A stretch of 64,000 nt of DNA from Nannocystis pusilla. Its GTDB lineage: Bacteria; Myxococcota_A; Polyangia; Nannocystales; Nannocystaceae. A program made the position numbers and the translations under genes. Positions 1 through 8,362 of this stretch are shown in pieces; the first letter of the stretch is position 1, and each line of letters begins with the position of its first letter. The stretch covers positions 1,357,204-1,421,203 of the forward strand of contig NZ_JAPNKE010000002.1 of the NCBI RefSeq assembly GCF_026626665.1, read 5' to 3'. The notes under the pieces are model-generated. The model saw nothing but the letters and a program-made list of their open reading frames with translations, searched no databases and was not told where the DNA came from.

Positions 1-1164
1 AAGCTGCTGCGCGTCGAGCACAAGGGCGAGCAGTCGCAGGTGCTCGAGCAGGACGCCGGCACCGAGTTCTCCTACAACAACAGCTTCGTGTGCATCGAGG
101 CCAGGACGCCGTACCGGCCGCCGCGGATGACCCCGCGGCCGACGGTGCGGGGCGTGCAGACGGCCACCGTGGTCGGCCCGCCCAACGAGGAGATCTACGT
201 CGACGAGCACGCGCGGGTGAAGGTGCAGTTCCACTGGGACCGCAGCGACAAGTTCAGCGAGGACTCGTCGTGCTGGGTCCGCGTCAGTCAGCTGTGGGCC
301 GGCAACTCGTGGGGCGCGATGTTCATCCCGCGGATCGGCCACGAGGTGCTGGTCGACTTCATCGAGGGCGACCCGGATCGCCCGGTGATCGTCGGCCGGA
401 TCTACCACGGCCTCAACCTGCCGCCGTACCCGCTGCCGGAGCAGAAGACGAAGAGCACCATCAAGTCGGACACCTACCAGGGGGCCGGCTACAACGAGCT
501 GCGCTTCGAGGACCAGAAGGGGATCGAGCAGATCTTCATGCACGCGCAGCGCAACATGGACATCCGCGTCCTGCACGACCGGATGGAGAGCGTGCTGCAC
601 AACCGCCACCTGACCGTCGGCAGCAACGACGGCGGGGCCAAGATCGGCGACTACTACGAGAACATCTGGCGCGACCACCACTGGCGCATCGATCGCAACC
701 GCAACGAGCACGTCGGCGGCGACCTGCGGATCCGCGTCGGCGGCATCGACGGCGTCGGTCACGTCGACACCGTCATCGAGGGCAACCGCCGCGAGCTGGT
801 GATGCAGAGCCAGAGCCTCGAGGTCAAGGCCGACCTCAAGATCAAGATCGGCGGCGGTCACCACGAGCAGGTCCTGGGCGACGTCCACCGCAAGGTCACG
901 GGCCTGTTGTCGGTGGAGGCGCTCAAGGAGGTCCACTACAAGTCGTCCAAGGTCGTGATCGAGGCCTCGCAGGGGCTGACCATCCGCGGCCCCGGCGGCT
1001 TCATCACCATTCATTCAGGCGGCATCGACATCGTCGGCACGCTGGTGAAGATCAACAGCGGCGGCTCGGCGCTCACCGGCACGGCCGCCGGCCCGCTGAA
1101 CCCCGACGAGGCCAAGCCGGTCGAGCCCACCAAGCCCGACCCGGCCGACAGCGGCGGCATCTGA
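1..1164 (+). CDS. vgrG: Type VI secretion spike protein VgrG, C-terminal part (5' end lies outside the window)
   Basis: Frame 1 is open from base 1 and gives KLLRVEHKGEQSQVLEQDAGTEFSY...IYHGLNLPPYPLPEQKTKSTIKSDTYQGAGYNELRFEDQKGIEQIFMHAQRNMDIRV, which matches the VgrG gp27/gp5-like conserved region. A PAAR gene follows immediately. Confidence 0.85.
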   Translation, partial: KLLRVEHKGEQSQVLEQDAGTEFSYNNSFVCIEARTPYRPPRMTPRPTVRGVQTATVVGPPNEEIYVDEHARVKVQFHWDRSDKFSEDSSCWVRVSQLWAGNSWGAMFIPRIGHEVLVDFIEGDPDRPVIVGRIYHGLNLPPYPLPEQKTKSTIKSDTYQGAGYNELRFEDQKGIEQIFMHAQRNMDIRVLHDRMESVLHNRHLTVGSNDGGAKIGDYYENIWRDHHWRIDRNRNEHVGGDLRIRVGGIDGVGHVDTVIEGNRRELVMQSQSLEVKADLKIKIGGGHHEQVLGDVHRKVTGLLSVEALKEVHYKSSKVVIEASQGLTIRGPGGFITIHSGGIDIVGTLVKINSGGSALTGTAAGPLNPDEAKPVEPTKPDPADSGGI

Positions 1165-1179
1165 CCCGAGGGACACGTC

Positions 1180-1806
1180 ATGCCGCCCGCAGCCCGCATC
1201 ACTGACATGCACGTGTGCCCGGTGCCGACCCACGTCGGCGGCCCGGTGGTCGTCGGCGAGACCTCGGTGCTCATCGGCATGATGCCGGCCGCGCGCGAGG
1301 GCGACAAGCTGGTGTGCGCGACCGGCCCCGACAGCGTCGCTCGCGGCGAGCCGTCGGTGATCATCGGCAACAAGCCGGCCGCGCGCCTCGGCGACCCGAC
1401 CACCCACGGCGGCACGATCGTCGTCGGCTGTCCGACGGTGATCATCGGCTCGTCGGCTCAGGTCGAGGCGCTGCGCACCGACAAGCCCTTCTGCGAGGAG
1501 TGCGAGAAGAAGCGCAACACCACGCTGATCCTCGACCACCGCTACCACGACGACGATCCGGTGCAGGAGGCCGAGTACGAGGTCGAGCTGCGCGACGGCA
1601 CGATCCTCAAGGGCAAGCTCGACGCCAACGGCCAGGCCCGCATCGAGGGCGTGCCGCCCGAGCGGGCCCGCGTCCGCTACGGCCCCGACGTGCGCACGTG
1701 GGAGCGCAAGGACCAGACGCCGAACCCGACCTTCAAGGAAGACTTCTCCGACAGCGACGCCGACGCGCTCGTCGACGCCGTCACCGGCCAGGGACAGCAG
1801 CGATGA
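1180..1806 (+). CDS. PAAR-domain protein (T6SS spike tip) with a ~100-aa C-terminal extension
   Basis: PAAR motifs are present (ITDMHVCP, GEPSVIIG, PAARLGD). It starts 16 nt after the VgrG stop. Its stop overlaps the next start codon (ATGA). Confidence 0.85.
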   Translation: MPPAARITDMHVCPVPTHVGGPVVVGETSVLIGMMPAAREGDKLVCATGPDSVARGEPSVIIGNKPAARLGDPTTHGGTIVVGCPTVIIGSSAQVEALRTDKPFCEECEKKRNTTLILDHRYHDDDPVQEAEYEVELRDGTILKGKLDANGQARIEGVPPERARVRYGPDVRTWERKDQTPNPTFKEDFSDSDADALVDAVTGQGQQR

Positions 1807-3206
1807 GCGGCGGCGAGTACATGCGCGCCATCACCGACGTCGGTGAGTGGATCTGGGGCCTCGTCCGCGGCGGGTTCAACGAGCAGCAGTCGATCAGCCA
1901 GATCATCGTCGACGCCATCATCGGCATGATCCCCGTGGTCGGCGACGTCACCGCGGTGCGCGACCTCCTGGCGGTGGTCATCCGCCTCGCCGACCACCCC
2001 GAGCGGCGCCAGGAGACCATGCAGTGGGTCGAGCTGGCGATCTGCCTGTTCGCGCTGATCCCGGTGGCGGGCGGCGCGATCAAGGGGGTCGGCCGGCTGC
2101 TCGCGCGGGTCGGTCGCAACGCCGCCGACGCGGCGCCGGTGCTGCGCGAGGCGATCGAGCTGCTCAACCGGCTCGGCAACGGCAACGCGGTCCGCTTCAT
2201 CCGCGAGCTCGACCTGTCGCGCTACACCGCCGAGCTGCAGCGCCACTTCCGTCAGCTGGTCGGGCGCGTGACCACCACGGTCGACGCGATCCTGCGCCGC
2301 GGCCGGTGGGTGCTGCCGGACAGCATGACGGAGCGCCTGCGTCAGCTGCGAGCGGCGATGCAGGAGCTGCTGGCGCTCGGCGATCGCATGATCCCGCAGG
2401 CGGTGCGCGACCTGAATCAGTGGCTGCACACGGTCCAGCGCCACATCTACGCCGGGTCGTACCACGAGATCCCGTCGAGCCTGCGCGCCGAGACGCGGGA
2501 GCTCGAGCGCGGCCTCCTGCGCGAGCGCCGGCTGCCGCGGCCCGACGAGCTGCCGTTCCCGCCGTCGACGATCGCCAACTACCGCCACCGCGTCCCGTGG
2601 CCCGACCTGCGCCAGGGCGGCTTCCACAACCCGTCGCACAACCCGTACCGCAACATCCGCACCTTCAGCGGAAACCTGCAGGCGGTCGCGCTGCGGCACC
2701 CGCGGAAGATCTACCGCGTGATCGAGAACGCCGACGGCCGCGCGGGCGCCTTCTGGTCGCTCGAGAAGCCGGCGAGCGGCCGCGCGTGGCGCGAGGACTA
2801 CGCGGTGCTCGAGTCGTGGAACAGCGACGGCCACTACATCGAGTTCGAGATCCCGCCGAACATGACGCTCTACGTGTGGCAGGGCAAGGTGGCGAGCCAG
2901 GTCGAGACCGACGCGGCGAAGGCGACCTACGGGCAGGTGCTGAACGGCGGCGCGCAGCAGCTGCTGATCGACCTGCGCCACCCGAGCAACGCGTGGGCGA
3001 TGAGCCACGTCGAGGCGCTGCCGCTGCACCCGACCGGCTGGCGCGATCACAGGGGCGTGAACGTGCCGAACGAGCAGACCCGTGCCATCCTGCTCGGGCA
3101 CGCCGAGCGCGCCGAGCGGGTCGGCGAATTCACGGCGGTCACGCGCGTCACGGGCGCGGCGGTCCGCGGCTCGCAGGCCGAGGAGAGGCGGCAGAGGCAG
3201 CAGTGA
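1803..3206 (+). CDS. Hypothetical protein, putative T6SS cargo effector/toxin (467 aa, no domain I recognise)
   Basis: The ATG at 1803 overlaps the PAAR stop. Its position after VgrG-PAAR is typical of an effector. The N-terminal region has hydrophobic helices (IIVDAIIGMIPVVGDVTAVRDLLAVV, LAICLFALIPVAGGAIKGV). The upstream part of ORF 1215..3206 is Arg-rich off-frame noise. Confidence 0.55.
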   Translation: MSGGEYMRAITDVGEWIWGLVRGGFNEQQSISQIIVDAIIGMIPVVGDVTAVRDLLAVVIRLADHPERRQETMQWVELAICLFALIPVAGGAIKGVGRLLARVGRNAADAAPVLREAIELLNRLGNGNAVRFIRELDLSRYTAELQRHFRQLVGRVTTTVDAILRRGRWVLPDSMTERLRQLRAAMQELLALGDRMIPQAVRDLNQWLHTVQRHIYAGSYHEIPSSLRAETRELERGLLRERRLPRPDELPFPPSTIANYRHRVPWPDLRQGGFHNPSHNPYRNIRTFSGNLQAVALRHPRKIYRVIENADGRAGAFWSLEKPASGRAWREDYAVLESWNSDGHYIEFEIPPNMTLYVWQGKVASQVETDAAKATYGQVLNGGAQQLLIDLRHPSNAWAMSHVEALPLHPTGWRDHRGVNVPNEQTRAILLGHAERAERVGEFTAVTRVTGAAVRGSQAEERRQRQQ

Positions 3207-4087
3207 CGGAGCTCCAGACCATCGTCCGGCCGTTCTCGCCGGCCGAGCTCGCTATCGACGCCACCACCCTCGCGCAGGTGTTCTATCGCCTGCGCCGATA
3301 CTCGTCGCTGACCTACGTCAAGCGCTGCACCGAGCTCGTGCAGAAGTTCAGCGCCGGCTTCGACGCGTGGGCCCGCAAGTCGGGGCCCGATCACACCCAG
3401 TTCGCCCGCAAGGCGCTGCAGACGGTGTATCCGCCGCTGGCGGCGCTCGAGCAGGTGCCGGGCCTTCTGCTCGGCAACCAGAAGACGCGGGCCTACGACG
3501 CGCTGATCCAGGCCGGCTTCCTCGCCGAGCTGCTCGGCCACGGCTTCGACGGCGGCATGCGCTGGGAGAAGTTCGGCTACAACTACGGCGAGCGGCCGAG
3601 CGTCGGCCTGTTCGCGTGGGCCGAGAAGGCGGTGGTGATGGCGGCGCAGATGCAGCGCACCGCCGAGGCCAAGTGGTCGCACACGCTCATGGCCCTGCAG
3701 CGCCCGGCGCCGCCGCACGCCCACCTCCAGCCGATGCCGCCGGCCGACGGCGTCGTCGTCGACCCGGACGAGGTCGTGCCGGTGACCGGGGTGTGGGTGC
3801 CGCTCGACGTGCCGAACGGCTGCCCGAACTACCTGGTCGAGGGCGTGCCGGCGCCGAAGCTGACGGTCGAGACCCAGCGCGTCGACTCCGAGGGCTACCC
3901 CGGCGACCCCGAGAACCCGCCGATCGCCGCGCGCACCGACTACGTGTACGGCGAGGTGCCGACCCGCTGGCAGCTGGCGTGGGACGACATCCGCTACCGC
4001 GCCGGCGTCGAGATCGACGAGCCCGAGTTCCTCGACGAGGAGACCGAACTCCCGGCCTGGCCGCCGGCCCATCCGCCTTCGCCATGA
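3203..4087 (+). CDS. Hypothetical protein, putative cognate immunity protein
   Basis: The GTG at 3203 overlaps the effector stop (GTGA). Coding-like composition runs from VTELQTIVRPFSPAEL to the stop. The upstream part of ORF 1847..4087 is Arg/Gly-rich noise. Confidence 0.5.
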   Translation: MTELQTIVRPFSPAELAIDATTLAQVFYRLRRYSSLTYVKRCTELVQKFSAGFDAWARKSGPDHTQFARKALQTVYPPLAALEQVPGLLLGNQKTRAYDALIQAGFLAELLGHGFDGGMRWEKFGYNYGERPSVGLFAWAEKAVVMAAQMQRTAEAKWSHTLMALQRPAPPHAHLQPMPPADGVVVDPDEVVPVTGVWVPLDVPNGCPNYLVEGVPAPKLTVETQRVDSEGYPGDPENPPIAARTDYVYGEVPTRWQLAWDDIRYRAGVEIDEPEFLDEETELPAWPPAHPPSP

Positions 4088-4983
4088 GCGCGAGCCCTGC
4101 CAAGAGCCCTCCGTACGCCGGACCGCCCAACCTCGAGGGACCCGCGCCGCGACTGGTCGTCGAGGTGCTGTGGGGGCCCGAGCAGGGCAAGAAGGCGGTG
4201 ATCGCCGCGGGCGGGGCGGTCACGGTCGGGCGCGACGCGGCGGCCGGCCTGTGCCTGGCCCACGACGAGGCGCTGGCGCCGATCCACCTGCAGATCGAGT
4301 GGGACGGGCGGGTCGCCGCGGTGCAGGCGCTGGTGAACGAACGGACATGTCTCGACGGACAGCCGATGCGCGAGGGCAGGAGCGGCCACGGCGGCTGGGT
4401 GCGCGCCGGCGCGTCCGACCTGGCGCTGGCGATCGAGCGCCACACGCGGCCCGATCCGCCGCCGACGCCGGCGAGGGTGGCCGCGGCCGCGCCGGCGATC
4501 GCGGCCCTGCGGGCGCTGCCCGGCCGGCTGTTCGCGGTCGCCGACGCGTCGCGCGACGAGCGGGTGCGCGTGCTCCTGCGCGAGTCGCCGGCCCGCTACC
4601 GCTCGCTGTTCGACGGCTGGCAGGGCGACGCGATCGCCGAGTCTGCGCCGTACCTGGTCGAGCTCGGGCCGCCGCACCCGGAGCTGCTCGAAGATCTGGT
4701 GGTCGAGGGCTGGCACACCGACGACGCCCGACGCGACGGCGACGGCGGCTGGGCGATCTTCCTGTCGGTGCCCGACGGCCGCGAGCTCGAGGCGGTGCGC
4801 CGCCACCTGCGCAAGTTCCTCATGGTCGAGCTCGATCGCGAGAAGGTCTACTTCCGCTTCTACGACCCGCGGGTGCTGCGGGCGTTCGTGCCGACCTGCA
4901 CCGCCGCCGAGCGGCGCGAGCTCCTCGGCGACATGGGGTGGCACATCACCTGTCCCGAAGGACTGCTGAGCTTCCGCGCCTGA
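4084..4983 (+). CDS. FHA-like domain / DUF4123 (T6SS adaptor-type) protein
   Basis: The ATG overlaps the upstream stop (ATGA). The N-terminus is FHA-like (VTVGRDAAAGLCLAHDEALAPIHLQIEWDGR...NERTCLDGQPM). The C-terminus carries the DUF4123 signature (WAIFLSVPDGRELEAVRRHLRKFLMVELDREKVYFRFYDPRVLRAFVP). Confidence 0.6.
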   Translation: MSASPAKSPPYAGPPNLEGPAPRLVVEVLWGPEQGKKAVIAAGGAVTVGRDAAAGLCLAHDEALAPIHLQIEWDGRVAAVQALVNERTCLDGQPMREGRSGHGGWVRAGASDLALAIERHTRPDPPPTPARVAAAAPAIAALRALPGRLFAVADASRDERVRVLLRESPARYRSLFDGWQGDAIAESAPYLVELGPPHPELLEDLVVEGWHTDDARRDGDGGWAIFLSVPDGRELEAVRRHLRKFLMVELDREKVYFRFYDPRVLRAFVPTCTAAERRELLGDMGWHITCPEGLLSFRA

Positions 4984-5105
4984 GCGGCCCGCGCGAGGCA
5001 GTCCTGCGAAGCTGCTGAGCTTCCGCGCCCGGGCGGCGCGCTCGGCAGTCCCGAAGCGCTGCCGAGCTCCCGCGGCCGAGCGGCGCGCGCGAGGTCTCGG
5101 TCCAC
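4950..5105. repeat. Imperfect tandem direct repeats (~45-50 bp unit, about 3 copies) just downstream of the DUF4123 gene
   Basis: GACTGCTGAGCTTCCGCGCCTGAGCGGCCCGCGCGAGGCAGTCCTGCGAAG recurs with variation as GCTGCTGAGCTTCCGCGCCCGGGCGGCGCGCTCGGCAGTCCCGAAGCG and GCTGCCGAGCTCCCGCGGCCGAGCGGCGCGCGCGAGG. Confidence 0.45.
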
Positions 5106-5718
5106 GCGCGGCGGAGGACGACCGCATCCGCCGGGTCGGGCCCCCGTTCGTGGCCTGCGAGGGCCGGCCCGCGGGCGCCGGACTCGACCGGTCGCGGCGC
5201 AACTTCACGCCGCGGGGCTTCCGACTCGCGGGTCCGCCGTCCGACTGCGTGCGAGCGTGACCCGCCGCGCACCTGCCGGAGTGACGCGGCCGGGCCCCGG
5301 CGGCCCCGTTTGCGCCGGGCCGAGCCACCCGGCCGGAGGCCCCGGGCTGCGCTCGCGCGACCCGGCGCTACGCTTGCCGCTGCGTGCCCGACCCGCGGCC
5401 GACAGCCGAGCGCGTGTTCTCCTGCCCGCCGGAGCCCCCCTTCGCGGGCCGGCCGCGGCCCCGCGGCGCTCGCACCGACGTGGCGCTCGGGACAGGTCGA
5501 GGGGCGAGGCGGGCCGGCGGAGCGCAGGCCGGGGCGGGCGACGCGGACCTGCGCGAAGGGACAGGTCGACGAGACCGGCGCGACCGCGACAGGAGCGATC
5601 TGTCCAGAGAGACATCTGTTCGCCGGCCGGTCCGCGGGCCCACGCCCGACGCGGCGAGCGACATGACCGATCGGACAGGCCTTCATCCGACCGCGGTCGC
5701 GCGCGAGGAGGCCGGGCC

Positions 5719-6699
5719 ATGAAGCTGCGGACGCGGGTGGCGGCGGCGCTGTTCGTGGTCGCGGCGCCGGTCCTGATAGGGGTGAGCGCGCTGCCGGAGC
5801 CGCTGCTCGGACGCACCGGCGCGCTGGCGCTCGGCTTCGGCCTCGGGATCTCGGCGGCGCTCGCGGTCGCCTGGCCGCTGCTCGGACGGATCCGCCAGCT
5901 CGCCGCGGCCGCCCGCGACGCCGCCGAGAGCGGCCATCGCCGCGAGATCGAGGTCGGCGGCGACGACGAGGTGGCCGAGCTGGCCCACAGCTTCAACGCG
6001 GCCGGCCGGGCCGTGCGCGACCACCTGGCCCGCGGCGAGCGGCGCAACGCGGCCCTGCGCGACGTCGTCGTCGACGCCACCCACGACGTCATGCTGCCGC
6101 TGACGGCCCTGCACGGCCACCTCGGCGACCTCGGCCCGGGCGCGGCGATCGCCGAGGTCCACCACATCGCCGGGCTGCTGCGCAACCTCGCGGCCGCGGC
6201 CGCGCTGGCGACCGAGGTCGCGCCGGCGCGGGCGGCGATCGACCTCAACGCGGTCCTGCTGCGCGTGGTGGTCCGCGCGACCGCGCCGGCGCGCAAGGCG
6301 GGGGTCGAGCTGGTGTCGGCGGTGCCCGAGGCGACGGTGTGGATCGACGGCGACGCCTTGCTCGTCGAGCAGGCGATCGTCAACGTGATCGACAACGCGG
6401 TCGCCTACAACTACCGCGGCGGCCACGTGGCCGCGGTGCTGGTCCGCCGCGGCCACGACGGCTTCGCCCTGCGCGTCGAGGACGACGGCCCGGGGGTGAG
6501 GCCCGACGAGCTGCCGCGCCTGACCGAACGCTACTTCCGCGGCGCCCACGGCCAGCAGGTCCGACCCGGCGGGCGCGGGCTCGGCCTCCACGTCGTCGCC
6601 CGCGTGGCCGAGGCCCACGGCTTCTCGCTCGAGCTGGCCCGCGGCCCCTACGGCGGGCTGTGCGTCGAGCTGCGCGGCCGCCGGCGCGCGACCCGGTGA
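5719..6699 (+). CDS. Sensor histidine kinase (two N-terminal TM helices, HAMP, HisKA, HATPase_c)
   Basis: MKLRTRVAAALFVVAAPVLIG TM; H-box region (DATHDVMLPLTAL); N/G boxes (IVNVIDNAVAYN, DDGPGV, GGRGLGLHVV). No response regulator is adjacent. Confidence 0.8.
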   Translation: MKLRTRVAAALFVVAAPVLIGVSALPEPLLGRTGALALGFGLGISAALAVAWPLLGRIRQLAAAARDAAESGHRREIEVGGDDEVAELAHSFNAAGRAVRDHLARGERRNAALRDVVVDATHDVMLPLTALHGHLGDLGPGAAIAEVHHIAGLLRNLAAAAALATEVAPARAAIDLNAVLLRVVVRATAPARKAGVELVSAVPEATVWIDGDALLVEQAIVNVIDNAVAYNYRGGHVAAVLVRRGHDGFALRVEDDGPGVRPDELPRLTERYFRGAHGQQVRPGGRGLGLHVVARVAEAHGFSLELARGPYGGLCVELRGRRRATR

Positions 6700-6783
6700 G
6701 CGGAAGGACATGTCCGCGGCGGCATGTTCGGAAGGTCATGTCCGCAGGTGCATGTCCGGAAAGACATGCTCCTGCGGACAGCC

Positions 6784-7521
6784 TCAGCGGTTGTCGAGCG
6801 CGACCCGGCGGAAGGACCCGCACCCGCCGGCCGACGGGGCGCCCGGCGTGGCGAAGCACGGGATGCCCGGGTCCGGCCCGTCGACGACGACGTTGCAGCG
6901 CCAGCTCCAGCCGTCGCCGACGGCGACGTCGTCGGGGACGGTCGAGACGAGCCGGAACGTCGCGCGCTGGGCCGGCGGCAAGCTCGTGACCTCGCGCGCG
7001 TCGCGGTCCTCTGCGTCGAGGATGACGTTGCCGCCCGCGGGCGCGAAGCCGACGAGGCCGACGTCGTGGAGCGCCAGCGGCACCTCGCAGCCGTTGTGCA
7101 GCTCCACGACGGCCCGCGGCGGGGCGCCGCGGATCGCCCGCAGCTCGACGCCGAGGCAGTTCACGACCCGGCGCCGCTCCTCCTCCGCGAACTGGCGCTC
7201 GACCTCGGCCCGCCGCGCCTCGGCGGCGCGATCGTCGAGCACGACCGCGACGATGTAGCCGCCCGCCAGCAGCACGTGCATGACGACGGGCCCCCAGGTG
7301 CGCCGGCCGACCCACAGCATGAGGAAGGTCGTCAACAGCGCGTAGGCGACGAGGATCTCGAGCGTGAAGACGGCGGCGAGGCCGAGGAGAACGGACTCAC
7401 CGCGCGGCAGGCCGAGCAGGACCTCGCCGAACACGTAGAGGTAGAGGACGACCAGCGCCACGAGGGCCAGGCCGTGGAGCTGCCAGGCGCGACGCGTGTC
7501 GCGGCGGTCGGGCGCCGTCAC
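6784..7521 (-). CDS. Hypothetical membrane protein
   Basis: The GTG start at 7521 overlaps the stop of the upstream lipoprotein gene (GTGA). TM helices LHGLALVALVVLYLYVF, LLGLAAVFTLEILVAYALLTTFLMLWV, VVMHVLLAGGYIVAVVL. The 5' part of ORF 6784..7680 overlaps the neighbouring gene and is discarded. Confidence 0.5.
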   Translation of the reverse strand: MTAPDRRDTRRAWQLHGLALVALVVLYLYVFGEVLLGLPRGESVLLGLAAVFTLEILVAYALLTTFLMLWVGRRTWGPVVMHVLLAGGYIVAVVLDDRAAEARRAEVERQFAEEERRRVVNCLGVELRAIRGAPPRAVVELHNGCEVPLALHDVGLVGFAPAGGNVILDAEDRDAREVTSLPPAQRATFRLVSTVPDDVAVGDGWSWRCNVVVDGPDPGIPCFATPGAPSAGGCGSFRRVALDNR

Positions 7522-8162
7522 TGCTGCGGCGGGGCGGCCGCCAGCGCGTTGCGGAACTCGGGGGTCTGGGCCAGCTTGACCGAGCCGTCGAGGGTGGCGT
7601 CGCCGAAGGCCTGCAGGAAGTTGCTCTCCTCCTGGCTGCGGCCCCAGCGGCTGCTCTTGCCGGCGATCGGGCCCTGCCACAGCGTCGTGCTGTTGCGGTC
7701 GATGAGCCAGCCCTGGGCCATCAGCGCGGCCTGGTAGGTGTTGCCCTCGACGATCCAGAACTGGTCGAGCTGCAGCTGCAGGGTGTGCGTCGCGGCCTGC
7801 GGATCGGCGGTGACCGGGAAGCCGAGCGCGGCGAGCTCCTTGGCGAACACGTTGCGGACGTACTCGGTCGGGACCTGGCCGCCGGCGGCGTTGTAGACCG
7901 GCAGGTCGGGGTTGGCGTCCTCGCTGACCCCGAGCAGGTGCGGATCGGTCACCTGCCGCTTGTCGACGATCTGGGCGATGAAGATGAGGGTGCCCGGGGG
8001 GACCGCCGCGAGGCCCGCGACCTTCGACGGATCGGCCTTCTCGCTCGGCGAATAGACCAGCGGGAAGGAGATGATGTCGGGCGACGAGGCGCAGGCGCCT
8101 GCGGTCAGCGCGGCGGAGAGGAGGCCGCAGGCGAGGAGCGAGGAGCGAGCGCGGTGCTGCAT
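7518..8162 (-). CDS. Hypothetical lipoprotein
   Basis: Signal peptide plus lipobox MQHRARSSLLACGLLSAALTAGAC. Coding-like composition. Confidence 0.6.
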   Translation of the reverse strand: MQHRARSSLLACGLLSAALTAGACASSPDIISFPLVYSPSEKADPSKVAGLAAVPPGTLIFIAQIVDKRQVTDPHLLGVSEDANPDLPVYNAAGGQVPTEYVRNVFAKELAALGFPVTADPQAATHTLQLQLDQFWIVEGNTYQAALMAQGWLIDRNSTTLWQGPIAGKSSRWGRSQEESNFLQAFGDATLDGSVKLAQTPEFRNALAAAPPQQ

Positions 8163-8362
8163 GGCGGGGTCACAGTAGCACCCCGCGCCGGGCCCGGCGA
8201 CGCGGCCCGCCGCAGCCGCAGGCAGTGCAAACGGTGACGCCGATCACCGCGCGCCGCGGCGGGCGCGCAGGCGAACGCAACTGCGGTTAACAACGTTCAA
8301 AAGCCCACCAGGGGCCGATCGCGGCCGGCTGCGGGCTGCAGACAAGCAGAGCGTGCAGGGGT

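Noticed and set aside
1215-3206. Long ORF (663 aa) beginning at 1215, as listed in the six-frame track
   Set aside because: The first ~195 codons are Arg/Gly-rich off-frame translation of the PAAR gene. A real start (ATG 1803, overlapping the PAAR stop) fits better.
4946-6711. ORFs 4946..5686(-), 5205..6395(-) and 5683..6711(-), lying in the GC-rich leader before the histidine kinase and antisense to that gene
   Set aside because: They have no coding-like periodicity and are Arg/Ala/Pro-rich. The region is better explained as intergenic repeats plus the histidine kinase on the plus strand.
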